Shown here: piece after piece, positions 49,552 through 61,971 of the stretch
Layout: each line of letters opens with the position of its first letter
Position numbering within the stretch: the first letter of the stretch is position 1
Source of the DNA: an uncultured Alphaproteobacteria bacterium
GTDB taxonomy: Bacteria; Pseudomonadota; Alphaproteobacteria; Methylaequorales; Methylaequoraceae
Length of the DNA: 64,000 nucleotides
Direction: 5' to 3'
Assembly: GCA_902523675.1 (NCBI GenBank)
Contig: CABZAL010000005.1
Coordinates: forward strand, 6,867-70,866
Position numbers and translations under genes: made by a program
The notes under the pieces: generated by a model
Databases searched by the model: none
What the model was told of the DNA's origin: nothing
The model's input: the letters and a program-made list of their open reading frames with translations, nothing else

Positions 49552-51480
49552 CTAATTGTCAAGAAAACTTCTTAATTTTCTTGACCTACTAGGGTGCTTT
49601 AATTTTCTAAGACCCTTAGCTTCAATTTGTCTAATTCTTTCTCTTGTCACTGAAAATTGTTGACCAACCTCTTCCAAGGTATGATCGGTATTCATACCAA
49701 TACCAAATCTCATTCTCAAAACTCTTTCTTCTCTGGGTGTAAGTGTAGAAAGAACATTTGTTGTAGCTTCTCTTAAATTGTTTTGTATTGCTGCATCAAG
49801 CGGTAATTTGATATTTTTATCTTCAATAAAATCACCTAAATGACTGTCATCTTCATCACCTACAGGAGTCTCCAAACTAATTGGTTCTTTAGCAATCTTA
49901 AGAACTTTTCTTACTTTTTCTAGTGGCATGCCTAATCTTGAGGCAAGTTCTTCTGGTTGTGGTTCAATTCCATTTTCATTTAACAACTGCCTTGAAACTC
50001 TTACAAGTTTGCTAATAGTTTCAATCATATGAACAGGAATCCTTATGGTTCTCGCTTGATCAGCTATTGATCTTGTTATGGCTTGTCTTATCCACCATGT
50101 TGCATACGTTGAAAATTTATATCCTCTTCTATATTCAAATTTATCAACAGCTTTCATCAAACCAATATTACCTTCTTGAATTAAATCAAGAAACTGAAGA
50201 CCTCTGTTAGTATATTTTTTTGCTATAGAAATCACCAACCTTAGATTAGCTTCGATCATCTCTTTCTTTGCAATGTTAGATTGTCTGACACCATTATTCA
50301 CTAATTTAGAGATTTCTTTTATCTCAGTAAGTGTCATCATAGAAACTTTAGAAATTTCATGAAGACTATTCACAATCTCAATATTGTCATTCCTCTTTCC
50401 AAAAGCAACCCAACCTGCTTTCTTTCTTCTCTGAAGATTTTTCATCCAAGATTTATTCATACAATTAGATTCAAACTCATCAATAAACTCTTCTTTTTTT
50501 ATTTTTGACTTCTTTGCTGATTCTAACAATTTTCTTTCAGAGATTATAATACGTTTACAATACTGATTTAGTTGATCGACAATCTCGTCAATTCTAGATT
50601 GATTGATAAAAAATGACCTAACTTTTTCTGCAACCGTATTTTTTATTCTCAAATGCTTTTGTAAAGTTTTGACATCTATCTTTTTATTGTCTAAGTGAGA
50701 ATGAATGATTTTGTTTTGAATTTTTTTTAGCTCTTTAAATTTTTTTGAGAACAAATTTAAGCTATTAAGTAAAATAGGTTTTAAACTTTCTTCTTTTTCT
50801 AATATTGATAAATCAGCACTTTCATCATGCATCTCAGAATTATCATCAAAATCTTCATCAATTTCCTCTTTTTCTTCAGAAGAAACGTTATCATTTAACA
50901 ATTCTTTTTCATGTTTTGCATCATCTATAAAAGCATCATCTGTCTCACCATTGACTGACCTAAAAGTAGCGTCTAAATCAATAAGATCTCTTAAAGGCCT
51001 TTCAGATGTACTGTATGACAAAAAGAAGTCGTTAACATATTCCATAGAAATGAAACAGTTCGAAAATGCATTAATCGTTACTTTTTTTCCTTCTTCAATT
51101 CTTTTTGCAATCTCAATTTCACCTTGTCTTGATAAAAGTTCTACATTTCCCATTTCCTTTAAATACATCCTTACTGGATCATCGGTCTTTCCAGTATCAT
51201 CGTCTTTATAACCGGAATTATCTTCCTTTGTACTATCTTCTTGAAGTTCATCTTCATCTTCGTGTATTTGGATTCCTAAATTAGTAATTTTAGATTGAAA
51301 TTCTTCCAAAACTTCTGAGTTTTCGGAAGACAAAATCAATTCTATTTCATTTAAAGTTAGAAACCCTGCTTTTTTACCTTTTAGAATCAATTTTTTCATT
51401 AATTCTGAGGTCTGATCTATTATAGGTTGTTCAGAAACGGGTTTTTTAGGTATTTTCTTAATCAATTTTTTTTCAGTCAT
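49552..51480 (-). CDS. rpoD: Primary sigma factor sigma-70
   Basis: [52 protein letters not shown]. Confidence 0.98.
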   Translation of the reverse strand: MTEKKLIKKIPKKPVSEQPIIDQTSELMKKLILKGKKAGFLTLNEIELILSSENSEVLEEFQSKITNLGIQIHEDEDELQEDSTKEDNSGYKDDDTGKTDDPVRMYLKEMGNVELLSRQGEIEIAKRIEEGKKVTINAFSNCFISMEYVNDFFLSYSTSERPLRDLIDLDATFRSVNGETDDAFIDDAKHEKELLNDNVSSEEKEEIDEDFDDNSEMHDESADLSILEKEESLKPILLNSLNLFSKKFKELKKIQNKIIHSHLDNKKIDVKTLQKHLRIKNTVAEKVRSFFINQSRIDEIVDQLNQYCKRIIISERKLLESAKKSKIKKEEFIDEFESNCMNKSWMKNLQRRKKAGWVAFGKRNDNIEIVNSLHEISKVSMMTLTEIKEISKLVNNGVRQSNIAKKEMIEANLRLVISIAKKYTNRGLQFLDLIQEGNIGLMKAVDKFEYRRGYKFSTYATWWIRQAITRSIADQARTIRIPVHMIETISKLVRVSRQLLNENGIEPQPEELASRLGMPLEKVRKVLKIAKEPISLETPVGDEDDSHLGDFIEDKNIKLPLDAAIQNNLREATTNVLSTLTPREERVLRMRFGIGMNTDHTLEEVGQQFSVTRERIRQIEAKGLRKLKHPSRSRKLRSFLDN

Positions 51481-51579
51481 TTTTATAAAAAAGCTTCGTT
51501 TAGGTGATATTTAATTAATGCATAATTACGAATAATCAAGTATTAATATCAAAAATAATATGAATAAATGATGAATTTT

Positions 51580-53340
51580 TTAAATTTCTCTTTTTTTTAT
51601 TTTGTTAATTTCGTTTGTTAATTTTTCATGTTTTAAGAATAATTTTGAATTATCTAAATCTTTATTAAGAACTATTTCAGATTTTATTTTCTCTCTTTCT
51701 TTCAATAAATTTGGAAGACGCAAATTTAACATAATATCTTGTAATAACTTCTTTTTTTTAACAATGTTTAGATTTTTGAAATGATCAACTTGTATTTTTT
51801 TAATTAGTTGAAAAAACTTTTCATCATTTTCTTTAAAACTATTTTTATAATTTGATACTCTTAAGTCATTGTTTTCCGATGATAAAATTTTAATTAAGCT
51901 TAATTTTTTTTGTTCAAGATTAGGGTCAACAAATTTTAAATGAACTATTTCTTCAATAAAATTTTCCATTATCTTGGGCTCAAAAAACAAGAGGCTTAAA
52001 ATAATCATTTCATTAATATATGATTTTTGTGTTAAATCTGATTTTACGATTGTGTTGTTTTTGTTTTTATTAATCGATCTAGATTTCCAAAAAAATTCAT
52101 TTTTCTTGTTTTGAAGATATTTAACATATTCATTTCTAATTGTTTTGTCTTCAATAACATTTGTAGCTTCAAAAATCCTTTGATTAACTAATGCAATATA
52201 TTCAGGCGTTGCATTTTTTTCGTTGTTCAAGATTGACCAAATAAATTCAGACAGCTCTTGAGCATTATTTATTAATGAAGTGAATCCTTCATTTTTAAAC
52301 TCTCTGATATAAGAATCAGGATCCATCTTATTTGGCAAATGAATAAACCTTAAAGATTTACCTGGTTTCAAAAACTTCAAACTTTTCAATGCTATTGATT
52401 TCATAGCCTTTTCACCAGCTAAGTCACCATCGAAGCAAATATAGGGAGTATCAACAAAATTCCATGTTTTTTTAATTTGAGTTTCGGATAAACTTGTTCC
52501 TAGTGATGCAACAGAAAAACCAATTCTTTTTGAATTCAGTGAAACTACATCAAGGTATCCTTCAACAACTATAAGCTTTTTTTGATCTTTAATCTCAGAA
52601 AAATTTTGTTTAAATCCATACAAGTTTTCACTTTTTTTAAATAATAAACTCTCTGGTGAATTAATATACTTGATTTTTGAATTTGAGACAGTTCTACCAC
52701 CAAAACCGTTTATTTTATTTGAAAAATTATATATTGGGAATATTATTCTATCGTTAAATCTTCCAAAAAAAGTATTTTCACTATTCTTCGACTGAATAAT
52801 AATTCCTAATTCTAAGATCTCAGATTTTGTAAATTCATTTTCTTCCAAGAATTTTAGAAAGTTTTCAATATTATTTGGACAATATCCAATAGAAAACTTT
52901 TGTACCAAACTTTTATCAATTTCTCTTGTGTTTAAGTATTCCAAAACTTTTTGATTCTTTAAAATATTCTTATGAAAAAATTGATTAAATAAATCTAATA
53001 ATTTAAATTTTTTGTTTAATGTATTAGGTGATATTGACGGACTAGTGTGTTTTAAATTTATTCCAGCTATGCTCGTAATTTCTTGAAGTGATTCTCTGAA
53101 GGTACAATTTTTATATTTTGAAATGAAATTTAATATGTTTCCACCTGTCCCACACCCAAAACAGTAAAATAATCCTTTTTCATCATTAATTGAGAATGAT
53201 GGCGTTTTTTCTTTATGAAATGGACACCTAGCAACAAATGAATTTCCCCGTGGAATTAAATCAAGATATTTATTTAAGTATTCAGATAATTTTATCTTAT
53301 TATGAAATTGATTTAAAATATCACTTACTGAATTTTTCAT
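51580..53340 (-). CDS. dnaG: DNA primase
   Basis: CPFHKEKTPSF, CFGC, KYINSPE, VVEGYLDV, FDGDLAG, DPD. Confidence 0.96.
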   Translation of the reverse strand: MKNSVSDILNQFHNKIKLSEYLNKYLDLIPRGNSFVARCPFHKEKTPSFSINDEKGLFYCFGCGTGGNILNFISKYKNCTFRESLQEITSIAGINLKHTSPSISPNTLNKKFKLLDLFNQFFHKNILKNQKVLEYLNTREIDKSLVQKFSIGYCPNNIENFLKFLEENEFTKSEILELGIIIQSKNSENTFFGRFNDRIIFPIYNFSNKINGFGGRTVSNSKIKYINSPESLLFKKSENLYGFKQNFSEIKDQKKLIVVEGYLDVVSLNSKRIGFSVASLGTSLSETQIKKTWNFVDTPYICFDGDLAGEKAMKSIALKSLKFLKPGKSLRFIHLPNKMDPDSYIREFKNEGFTSLINNAQELSEFIWSILNNEKNATPEYIALVNQRIFEATNVIEDKTIRNEYVKYLQNKKNEFFWKSRSINKNKNNTIVKSDLTQKSYINEMIILSLLFFEPKIMENFIEEIVHLKFVDPNLEQKKLSLIKILSSENNDLRVSNYKNSFKENDEKFFQLIKKIQVDHFKNLNIVKKKKLLQDIMLNLRLPNLLKEREKIKSEIVLNKDLDNSKLFLKHEKLTNEINKIKKREI

Positions 53341-53801
53341 TTAGTGAGAATTGACTTTGTTATTTCAGCTACAATTTTAAAATCAAGCCTACCTGGATAT
53401 CTTTCTTTCAGAATTTTTATTATTTTTCCAAGATCTTTAATAGAATGCGCTTCTTGTTCTGAACATAAGTCCTCAACTATTTTTTTTACTTCATCAGCAG
53501 AAATTTGGTCAGGAAGGAATGACTCAATGATTTTTATTTCTCTATTTTCTCTTTCCATTAATTCTTTTCTTCCAGCTTGAGAATAAATTTTTACACTTTC
53601 TTTCCTCTGCTTTACCATATTTTGAAGAATATCTAAAATTTGATTATTGTTAATCTGATTATCTTTTTCTTTAGAACGGTGCTCTATATCTCTGTCTTTT
53701 ATAGCAGCAAGAATTAACCTTGTTGTCGCAACAGCTATATCATCTTTTTTTTTGATGTTTTCGTCTAAAAAACTTTTAAACTTTTCTCTCAAATTATCCA
53801 T
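53337..53801 (-). CDS. GatB/YqeY domain protein
   Basis: TRLILAAIKDRDIE, KQRKESVKIYSQAGRKEL..RE..EI. Confidence 0.9.
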   Translation of the reverse strand: MDNLREKFKSFLDENIKKKDDIAVATTRLILAAIKDRDIEHRSKEKDNQINNNQILDILQNMVKQRKESVKIYSQAGRKELMERENREIKIIESFLPDQISADEVKKIVEDLCSEQEAHSIKDLGKIIKILKERYPGRLDFKIVAEITKSILTK

Positions 53802-53919
53802 TAAATTTATATTTTTTATGTATATTGGTTTTACATATTAAAAACCATAAATCAAGTTATAATAATTACTAAACATCACTTGTAATTAGAGTTAAGGGAA
53901 GTGTATATTAAAAACTCTG

Positions 53920-55089
53920 ATGAAAAATAAATCATTACATAACGAAAAAGATTGTATTTTAATTTTTGAAAATGGCCAATATTTTTTTGGAAAAGGTTTT
54001 GGTGCTTTTGGCACCACAATTGGAGAAGTTTGTTTCAATACTTCAATTACAGGCTATCAAGAAATCCTAACAGATCCATCATACAAAAATCAAATCATAA
54101 CATTCACTTTCCCTCATATTGGTATAGTTGGAACTAATTCAGAAGATTATGAGAGTGACCTAATTCATTCATCTGGTTGTATTGTAAACAGTATTTCAAC
54201 TCATTCGTCTAACCATAGATCTGAAGTTTTATTTCATAAATGGCTAAAAAGTAATAATAAGATTTGTATATCTGGAATTGATACGAGAACTATAACAAGA
54301 ATGATAAGATCAAAAGGTGCAGTGAATGCGCTAATTAATTATGATGACAAAAAGCGATTTAATAAAAAAAAATTACTAAATGATCTGCTAAATTTTCCTA
54401 AAATGGATAATAGTGACCTTGCTACAGAAGTATCTACAAGAAAGGTTTATGAATGGGAATACGACAAAAAAACTTATTTGAACTCAACTCAAATTAGCAA
54501 GATTAAGCAAAATTCTTTTATTGCAGTTATAGATTTTGGAGTTAAACATAATATTTTAAATTTACTACATCAAACTAATTATAAAATAGTTGTTTTTCCA
54601 TTAACCTTCGATTATTCGGTAATACTAAATAAAAATCCAGTTGGGATTTTTTTATCAAATGGACCTGGAGATCCTCAAGCAACATTTAATAATCATAAAA
54701 TAAAACTGAACACCATCTTTGATACTAATATACCAGTTTTTGGAATATGTTTGGGTCATCAAATTTTGGCCTTAGCTCATGGAGCAAAAACCTTAAAAAT
54801 GCATCATGGACACAGGGGAGCTAATCATCCTGTTAAAAATCTTCATCAAAAAAATGTTGAAATTACTGTTCAAAATCATGGTTATGTAGTTCAAAAAAAA
54901 AATCTTCCCAATAAAATATCTGTAACCCACTCATCATTATTTGATAGTACAATTGCTGGAATAAAAATTAAAAACAAACCTTTTTTTTCTGTTCAATATC
55001 ATCCTGAAGCGTCACCTGGTCCTCATGACAGCAGGTATTTGTTCAAAGAATTTTTAGAAAGCATAAAAACCTGTGCCAAAAAGAAATGA
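53920..55089 (+). CDS. carA: Carbamoyl-phosphate synthase small subunit
   Basis: [45 protein letters not shown]. Confidence 0.97.
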   Translation: MKNKSLHNEKDCILIFENGQYFFGKGFGAFGTTIGEVCFNTSITGYQEILTDPSYKNQIITFTFPHIGIVGTNSEDYESDLIHSSGCIVNSISTHSSNHRSEVLFHKWLKSNNKICISGIDTRTITRMIRSKGAVNALINYDDKKRFNKKKLLNDLLNFPKMDNSDLATEVSTRKVYEWEYDKKTYLNSTQISKIKQNSFIAVIDFGVKHNILNLLHQTNYKIVVFPLTFDYSVILNKNPVGIFLSNGPGDPQATFNNHKIKLNTIFDTNIPVFGICLGHQILALAHGAKTLKMHHGHRGANHPVKNLHQKNVEITVQNHGYVVQKKNLPNKISVTHSSLFDSTIAGIKIKNKPFFSVQYHPEASPGPHDSRYLFKEFLESIKTCAKKK

Positions 55090-58000
55090 TTTAAAATCTA
55101 TAATGATCATCGGAGCTGGGCCAATAGTGATTGGACAAGCCTGCGAGTTTGACTATTCTGGCGCACAAGCCTGCAAAGCGCTTAAAGAAGAGGGTTATAA
55201 AGTTATTCTAGTAAATAGTAATCCTGCAACAATAATGACAGATCCAGAAATGGCAGATTCAACTTATATTGAACCTTTAGAACTAAACACACTTGAAAAT
55301 ATAATATGTAAAGAAAGACCAGACGCATTGATGTCTACAATGGGGGGGCAAACAGCATTAAATCTTTCGATTGAGTTAGAAGAAAAACAAATATTAAAAA
55401 AATATTCGATAGAATTAATAGGAGCAAAAGGTAGCGTTATAGAAAAAGCGGAAAATAGACAATTATTCAAAAAATCTATGAAAAAAATTGGGCTCAATAC
55501 ACCAAAAGGAATTATAATAAAAAATTTCAAGGAAGCACAACATGCACTTAAGCATATTGGGTTCCCAGTAATAATAAGACCCTCCTATACGTTGGGCGGA
55601 GCCGGAGGCGGAGTGGCTCAAAACAATAAAGAATTTGAAATAATAGTAAAAAAAGGTTTGTCACTCTCTCCAATCAGTGAAGTGCTTATAGAAGAATCAG
55701 TCATAGGCTGGAAAGAATATGAAATGGAAGTGGTAAGAGATAAAAAAGATAATTGTATAATTGTTTGTTCAATTGAAAACATTGATCCAATGGGTGTGCA
55801 CACTGGAGACTCAGTAACTGTTGCTCCTGCTTTGACTTTAACTGATAAAGAGTATCAAAAAATGCGCCTAGACTCAATTAAAGTTTTAAAAGAAATTGGT
55901 GTAGAAACTGGCGGGTCGAATGTTCAATTTGCAATTAATCCAAAAAATGGGAAATCAATTGTAATTGAAATGAATCCAAGAGTTTCAAGATCATCTGCAT
56001 TAGCCTCTAAAGCTACAGGTTTCCCAATAGCAAGAATAGCTGCCAAACTTGCTGTAGGGTATACACTTGATGAATTAAAAAATGATATTACAATTGTTAC
56101 ACCTGCATCATTTGAACCTTCTATTGATTACATCGTAACAAAAATACCTAGATTTACGTTCGAGAAATTTGATCAGACAGATAAATCATTAGGAACATCA
56201 ATGAAATCAATTGGTGAATGTATGGCTATTGGAAGAAATTTCAAAGAATCATTTCAAAAAGCAATAAGAAGTTTGGAAATTGGACTGAATGGATTTGAAA
56301 CTATAGAGGATTACAAAAATAAATCTAAATCAAAGTTACTTGAACAATTGAAAGTAAATTTGCCAAATAAATTTTTACTGATTGCCGAGTGTTTAAGAAA
56401 AAATATTTCAATTCAAAAAGTTTGTAAAATTTCAGGCTTCGATTTTTGGTATGTAAATCAAATAAAAGAAATAGTAGAAATTGAAAATCAAATTAAAAAA
56501 TCTAAAATGACGAAAGATTTGTATATAAAACTCAAAAGTGAAGGCTTTTCTGATAAACGAATTATTCAACTTTCAAAAAATTCAGAAAAAGAAATCAAAA
56601 GACTTAAGAAAAAACTAAAGATTAGGCCACATTTCAGAAATATTGATACATGTTCAGCAGAATTTCCTTCAAAAACACCTTATCTTTACTCATCCTACTC
56701 AAATTTGGATTCATCCCCTCACTATGAAAAAGAATCAAAAGTATCTGCCAGAAAAAAAGTAATAATCATAGGAGGTGGACCCAACAGAATTGGTCAAGGA
56801 ATTGAATTTGACTATTGTTGTGTTCATGCAGCTTACGCACTAAAAGAACTTAATATTGAATCTATAATGATTAATTGTAATCCAGAAACTGTATCTACAG
56901 ATTTTGATACATCTGATAGACTTTATTTTGAACCACTAGATAATGAGTCTGTAATAGAGATTTGTAAGGCAGAAAAAACAAATGGAAATCTAGTTGGGGT
57001 TATAGTCCAACTTGGAGGACAAACACCATTAAAACTAGCAAAATTTTTAATTGAAAATAATATAAAAATTTTAGGAACATCTTTTGATTCTATTGATCTA
57101 GCAGAGGATAGAAATAGATTTAAAAAGTTAATAAGTGAATTGGACTTGAATCAACCAGAAAACTTTATAGTAAATAACCCTTTAGAAGCTAAAAAAATTT
57201 TAAAAAAAATTCAATTCCCCGTTGTAGTTAGACCCTCATATGTATTAGGTGGAAGAGCAATGAAAATAATATACAATTCTAAAGAATTAAATTCCTATTT
57301 AAAATCTAAGATTTTTGAAAATAAAAATTCAATATTAATTGACAAATTTCTTAATGATGCAAAAGAAGTTGATGTTGACGCAATTTCTGATGGAAAAGAA
57401 GTATTTGTTTGCGGAATTTTAGAACACATTGAAGAAGCGGGAATTCATTCCGGTGACTCTGCTTGTTCATTACCACCACTAACACTTACTTCCAAAAATA
57501 TAAAATTTATTGAGGTAGCAACAAAAAAAAATTGCAACCAAATTGAAGATAAAAGGACTCATAAATATTCAATTTGCAATTAAGGATAATCAAATTTTTA
57601 TAATTGAAGTTAATCCTAGGGCGAGCAGAACAATTCCATTTATTGCCAAATCAATAGGAGTACCATTAGCAAAAATAGCAACAAAGGTTATGTTAGGAAA
57701 AAGTCTGAAAAATCTGAGTATTAAAAATAAAAAATTAAATCATGTAACAATTAAAGAATCAGTTTTTCCTTTTGACAGATTTCCACGAGAAGATATTGTC
57801 CTAGGACCCGAAATGAAATCAACAGGAGAGGTAATGGGAATAGATAGTAATTATCCAATGGCATTTGTAAAATCTCAGATTTCTTCAGGAAATTATTTAC
57901 CTGAAAAAGGTAATGTTTTTATTTCAGTAAAAGACGAAGATAAGGAAAATATAATATTGATGGCACAAATATTAATTAGTTTGAATTTTAAATTAATTGG

Positions 58001-58304
58001 TACCATTGGAACTGCAAGCTTTTTAAAAAAATACTCTATTGAAGTTAAAATTATCAACAAGGTAAACGAAGGAAAACCTCATATTGTTGGGTTAATAGAA
58101 AGCAAAAAAATCGATCTTATTATTAACACAACGCAGGACTCGCAATCACTGAAGGATAGTCACTCAATTAGAAGAGCTGCAATTAGATATAAAGTACCAT
58201 ATGTCACTACAATTGCTGCTGCTAAATTAGCTATCACAGGTATAAATATTATGAAAAATAAAAAGTTTGAGGTTCAATCAATTCAAGAATACTATAAATT
58301 ATAG
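55073..58304 (+). CDS. carB: Carbamoyl-phosphate synthase large subunit, split by a +1 frameshift at the A9 run 57523-57531
   Basis: [32 protein letters not shown]; second ORF continues [10 protein letters not shown] to the MGS domain; removing one A restores [12 protein letters not shown]. Confidence 0.95.
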
Positions 58305-58354
58305 AAAATCATATAAAAATAGTTATAATATAAAATACAATAAAAAAATAAAAT

Positions 58355-58831
58355 ATGAGTGATAAATTTCCAATGACCGAGGACGGATTTAAAAAACTTA
58401 AGTCTGAACTTGATGATCTTAAAAATAGTCAAAGGCCCAAAATAATTAAAGCCATTTCTGATGCAAGAGAACACGGTGATCTTTCAGAAAATGCTGAATA
58501 TCATGCTGCAAGAGAAAAACAAAGCTTTATTGAAGGAAAAATCAATGATTTAGAGACAAAGATTAGTAGGGCTAATATTATTGATGTAAAAAACCTTGAC
58601 CATTCTAAAGTAACATTTGGGGCCACTGTTGAACTAGTAGATCTTGAAAACGAATCAAAACATACCTACAAAATTGTAGGTGTTGATGAAGCAGATATTG
58701 AAAAAAAGTTAATTTCAATCAACGCACCTTTGTGTAAAGCAATGATTAATAAACCTGTTAATGAAATAATTGAGTTTAGTACACCAAGCGGAATAAAAGA
58801 ATATCAGATAAAATCAATAAGTTTTAAATAA
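58355..58831 (+). CDS. greA: Transcription elongation factor GreA
   Basis: AREHGDLSENAEYHAA, VTFGATV, SINAPL. Confidence 0.97.
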   Translation: MSDKFPMTEDGFKKLKSELDDLKNSQRPKIIKAISDAREHGDLSENAEYHAAREKQSFIEGKINDLETKISRANIIDVKNLDHSKVTFGATVELVDLENESKHTYKIVGVDEADIEKKLISINAPLCKAMINKPVNEIIEFSTPSGIKEYQIKSISFK

Positions 58832-59769
58832 TGGCAGAAATAGAGAAAGTTTTAATTATTGGTTCTGGGCCAGCTGGCTATACTGCAGCTATTTACGCCG
58901 CTAGATCAGGTTTAAAACCTCTTCTAATTTCAGGTTTAGAACCAGGGGGACAATTAATGATTACCACGGAAGTAGAAAATTTTCCTGGATTTGAAAATCC
59001 TGTGCAAGGCCCATGGTTAATGGAACAGATGAAAAATCAAGCTCTATCCTTTGGTACAAAAATACATAATGATAGAGTGGTCAAAGTAGAATTTAACAAT
59101 TATCCCTTTCAGGTGATAACAGAAAAGAATTCTCAAATAAGTTCTTATTCAGTAATAATTTCAACAGGTGCAAAAGCCAAGTGGCTAAGTATACCCGGAG
59201 AAGAAAATTTCATGGGTTTTGGAATCTCAGCTTGTGCTACTTGTGATGGCTTTTTTTTTAAAAATAAAGATGTTGCAGTAATTGGTGGCGGTAATACGGC
59301 CGTTGAAGAAGCACTTTACTTGTCAAATCTTTGTAAAAAAGTAACGTTAATCCATAGAAGAGATCAATTAAGGGCAGAAAAAATTCTTCAGGACAGACTT
59401 TTTCAAAAAAAAAATGTAAGAATTTTGTGGAATTCTGTAGTAAACGAATTTATTGGTTCAGAAAAACCAAAAACTCTTGAAAAATTGCTTATTAGTTCTG
59501 GAAAAATATCCTCAGAATTAAAAGTGGATGGTGCATTTGTAGCTATTGGACATTCCCCATCAACGGAAATCTTTAAAAATTCTTTAGATATGGATTCTGA
59601 GGGATATATATATACAGAAAATAAGTCAACTAAAACATCAATAGATGGAATTTTTGCTGCTGGTGATGTTACAGATAAAATTTATAGGCAAGCTGTCACT
59701 GCAGCAGGTATGGGGTGTATGGGTGCTCTGGAAGTTGAAGAATTTTTAAGTAAAAAAAGTATTATTTAA
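58831..59769 (+). CDS. trxB: Thioredoxin reductase
   Basis: GSGPAGYTAA, CATCDGFF, GGGNTAVEEA, AAGDV. Confidence 0.97.
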   Translation: MAEIEKVLIIGSGPAGYTAAIYAARSGLKPLLISGLEPGGQLMITTEVENFPGFENPVQGPWLMEQMKNQALSFGTKIHNDRVVKVEFNNYPFQVITEKNSQISSYSVIISTGAKAKWLSIPGEENFMGFGISACATCDGFFFKNKDVAVIGGGNTAVEEALYLSNLCKKVTLIHRRDQLRAEKILQDRLFQKKNVRILWNSVVNEFIGSEKPKTLEKLLISSGKISSELKVDGAFVAIGHSPSTEIFKNSLDMDSEGYIYTENKSTKTSIDGIFAAGDVTDKIYRQAVTAAGMGCMGALEVEEFLSKKSII

Positions 59770-60671
59770 ATGTTATTTTTTTAATTATTTTTTCATGGGT
59801 TTTACAATTCACTTTAAATTTTTTTCCCTCTCTCAATACAAAGCCAGATAACCAATTGAGTTCTAATTTCTTATTTCTCTTATAATCAATGAACATTGAA
59901 GAGGTCATGTCGTAAGGCATTTTTTTTATTTTTTTTAACCACTTTTCAACAGGATTTTGTATAAAAATAATACCATAACACTTTGATAATTCAAAAGTCT
60001 CGTTCATTGCATTAATAAAATCTTTTTTGTATTCTTTATCTTCAAATATCTCCCCAATTGATAACTTTGTCATTGTTGTTAAACCACTATAGGCAGATAA
60101 AAAAAATAAATTTTTCCCAAATTTTACAACCAATATTTTTTGTAAATCTTATATCTAACCCTTTGGTTTGACATTCTTCAGTGAAATTTGAAAGTATATT
60201 AGAATTGATATTTTTTTTTATGGGTCCAACAAAAAATGTAGCTAACCTTCCATGATGAATTATTTCTTTATTATCACTAATTGAGGCTGAAATCTGTGCA
60301 ACAGCTCCATAATAGTTTTTCAATAATATTTTTTTGTATATCACTTCCTCAGAAAAAACTCCGTTTTGAAATGGTAAAATTATAGTTTTTTCGTTGATGA
60401 ATTCTTTAAGGTAATCAATCGAAGATTCGAGATCATAAAGTTTTACAGATAAAATAACTATATCAAAGATCAAGTTAGTAGGTAATTTTTCAAATATATT
60501 AACTTTTTTAAATTTAATTTCTCCTAACTCGCTTTTCATTGTTAATCCGTTTTTATTTATATTTTCAAAGGTTTTGCCGCGAGATAAAAAAAAGATTTCA
60601 TTTTCTGTTTTTAGTAAATAAGAACCTAAAAAACCCCCAACTCCACCTAGTCCAAATATCAAAACTTTCAT
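59762..60671 (-). CDS. panE: 2-dehydropantoate 2-reductase, split by a +1 frameshift at the A8 run 60099-60106
   Basis: GLGGVGG, SVKLYD, QNG; removing one base restores WEKFIFLSAYSGLT; C-terminal SSMFID...ELNWLSG. Confidence 0.85.
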
Positions 60672-61874
60672 TTATTTAAGTTTGCTAATTGCATTGCGAA
60701 TTTTTTCACAAGCTTTTATTAATAGTTCCTTCGACGCGGCATATGAAATTCTAAAATATGGAGATCTACCAAAAGCTGTTCCTGGTACAACTGCTACTTG
60801 AGCATGATCTAATAAAAAGTCAGCAAAATCAATGTCATTGTAAATAACTTTACCATCTGGTGTATTTTTATTAATCAACCCAGAACATGAAATAAATAAA
60901 TAAAATGCCCCATCAGGTTTTATGCAATCTAACCCTTCTATCGTATTTAAATAATCAGAGACATAATTTCTTCTCTCAGAAAATTGCTGAATCCAATCTA
61001 CTAAAAATGTTTTTTCTGAATTTAGAGCTTTAACAGCAGCCATCTGACTTATTGAGGTTGGGTTGGTCGTGCTTTGAGATTGAATCTTGGAAATAGACTT
61101 AACTATTTCTTTACTTCCAGCACCATAACCAATTCTCCATCCAGTCATCGAAAATGCTTTTGACACACCATTTACTATGAATGTCCTATCATAAAGTTTT
61201 GGTTCTAAATTGAGAATATTAAAAAATTTTAAATTATCATAAATCAAATATTCATAAATATCATCACTCAGTATCCACAAATTCTCATATTTAAGTAAAA
61301 CATTTGCCAAACCAGCCAATTCTTCTTTACTGTAAGTTGAACCAGTAGGGTTTGCAGGTGAATTTATAATAACCCATTTTGTTTTATTTGTTATTTTTGA
61401 TTCAAGCTCTGCTGGTGTCATTTTAAATTTATTAGACTCTGAGGTATTTACTACTACGGGTTTGCCATCACAAAGGGAGACGATATCAGGGTAAGAAACC
61501 CAAAATGGAGACGGAATTATAACTTCGTCACCTTGATTTAATGTGGACATAAATAGATTAAAAATTACATGTTTACCTCCTACTCCAACAGTAATCTGAT
61601 TTAGATCATAATTAATCGAATTTTCTTTTTTGAATTTTTGAGTTATTGCCAACTTTAATAAATCAATTCCATCAACTGCAGTATATTTTGTAAAGCCGTT
61701 ATTAATTGCCCTTATACCCTCATCTTTGACATGTATCGGTGTATCAAAATCTGGTTCACCAGAGCTTAGGCTTATTATATTGATACCTTTAGATGACAAT
61801 TCTCTGGCTTTCTGACTAACCTTAACAGTCAGTGATGGTTTGAAATTGTTTAATCTATTAGATAGAATTGACAT
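60672..61874 (-). CDS. aspC: Aspartate aminotransferase (class I PLP-dependent)
   Basis: GEPDFDTP, NSPANPTG, DDIYE, NGVSKAFSMTGWRIGY. Confidence 0.9.
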   Translation of the reverse strand: MSILSNRLNNFKPSLTVKVSQKARELSSKGINIISLSSGEPDFDTPIHVKDEGIRAINNGFTKYTAVDGIDLLKLAITQKFKKENSINYDLNQITVGVGGKHVIFNLFMSTLNQGDEVIIPSPFWVSYPDIVSLCDGKPVVVNTSESNKFKMTPAELESKITNKTKWVIINSPANPTGSTYSKEELAGLANVLLKYENLWILSDDIYEYLIYDNLKFFNILNLEPKLYDRTFIVNGVSKAFSMTGWRIGYGAGSKEIVKSISKIQSQSTTNPTSISQMAAVKALNSEKTFLVDWIQQFSERRNYVSDYLNTIEGLDCIKPDGAFYLFISCSGLINKNTPDGKVIYNDIDFADFLLDHAQVAVVPGTAFGRSPYFRISYAASKELLIKACEKIRNAISKLK

Positions 61875-61971
61875 TAAGTATCTTAAAAAATAAAAATTTA
61901 AAAGTTTGACTTAGAGATTATATATATTCTTAAAAGTGAATGTTAATTAATTTAACTGTACAGTAAACAGT

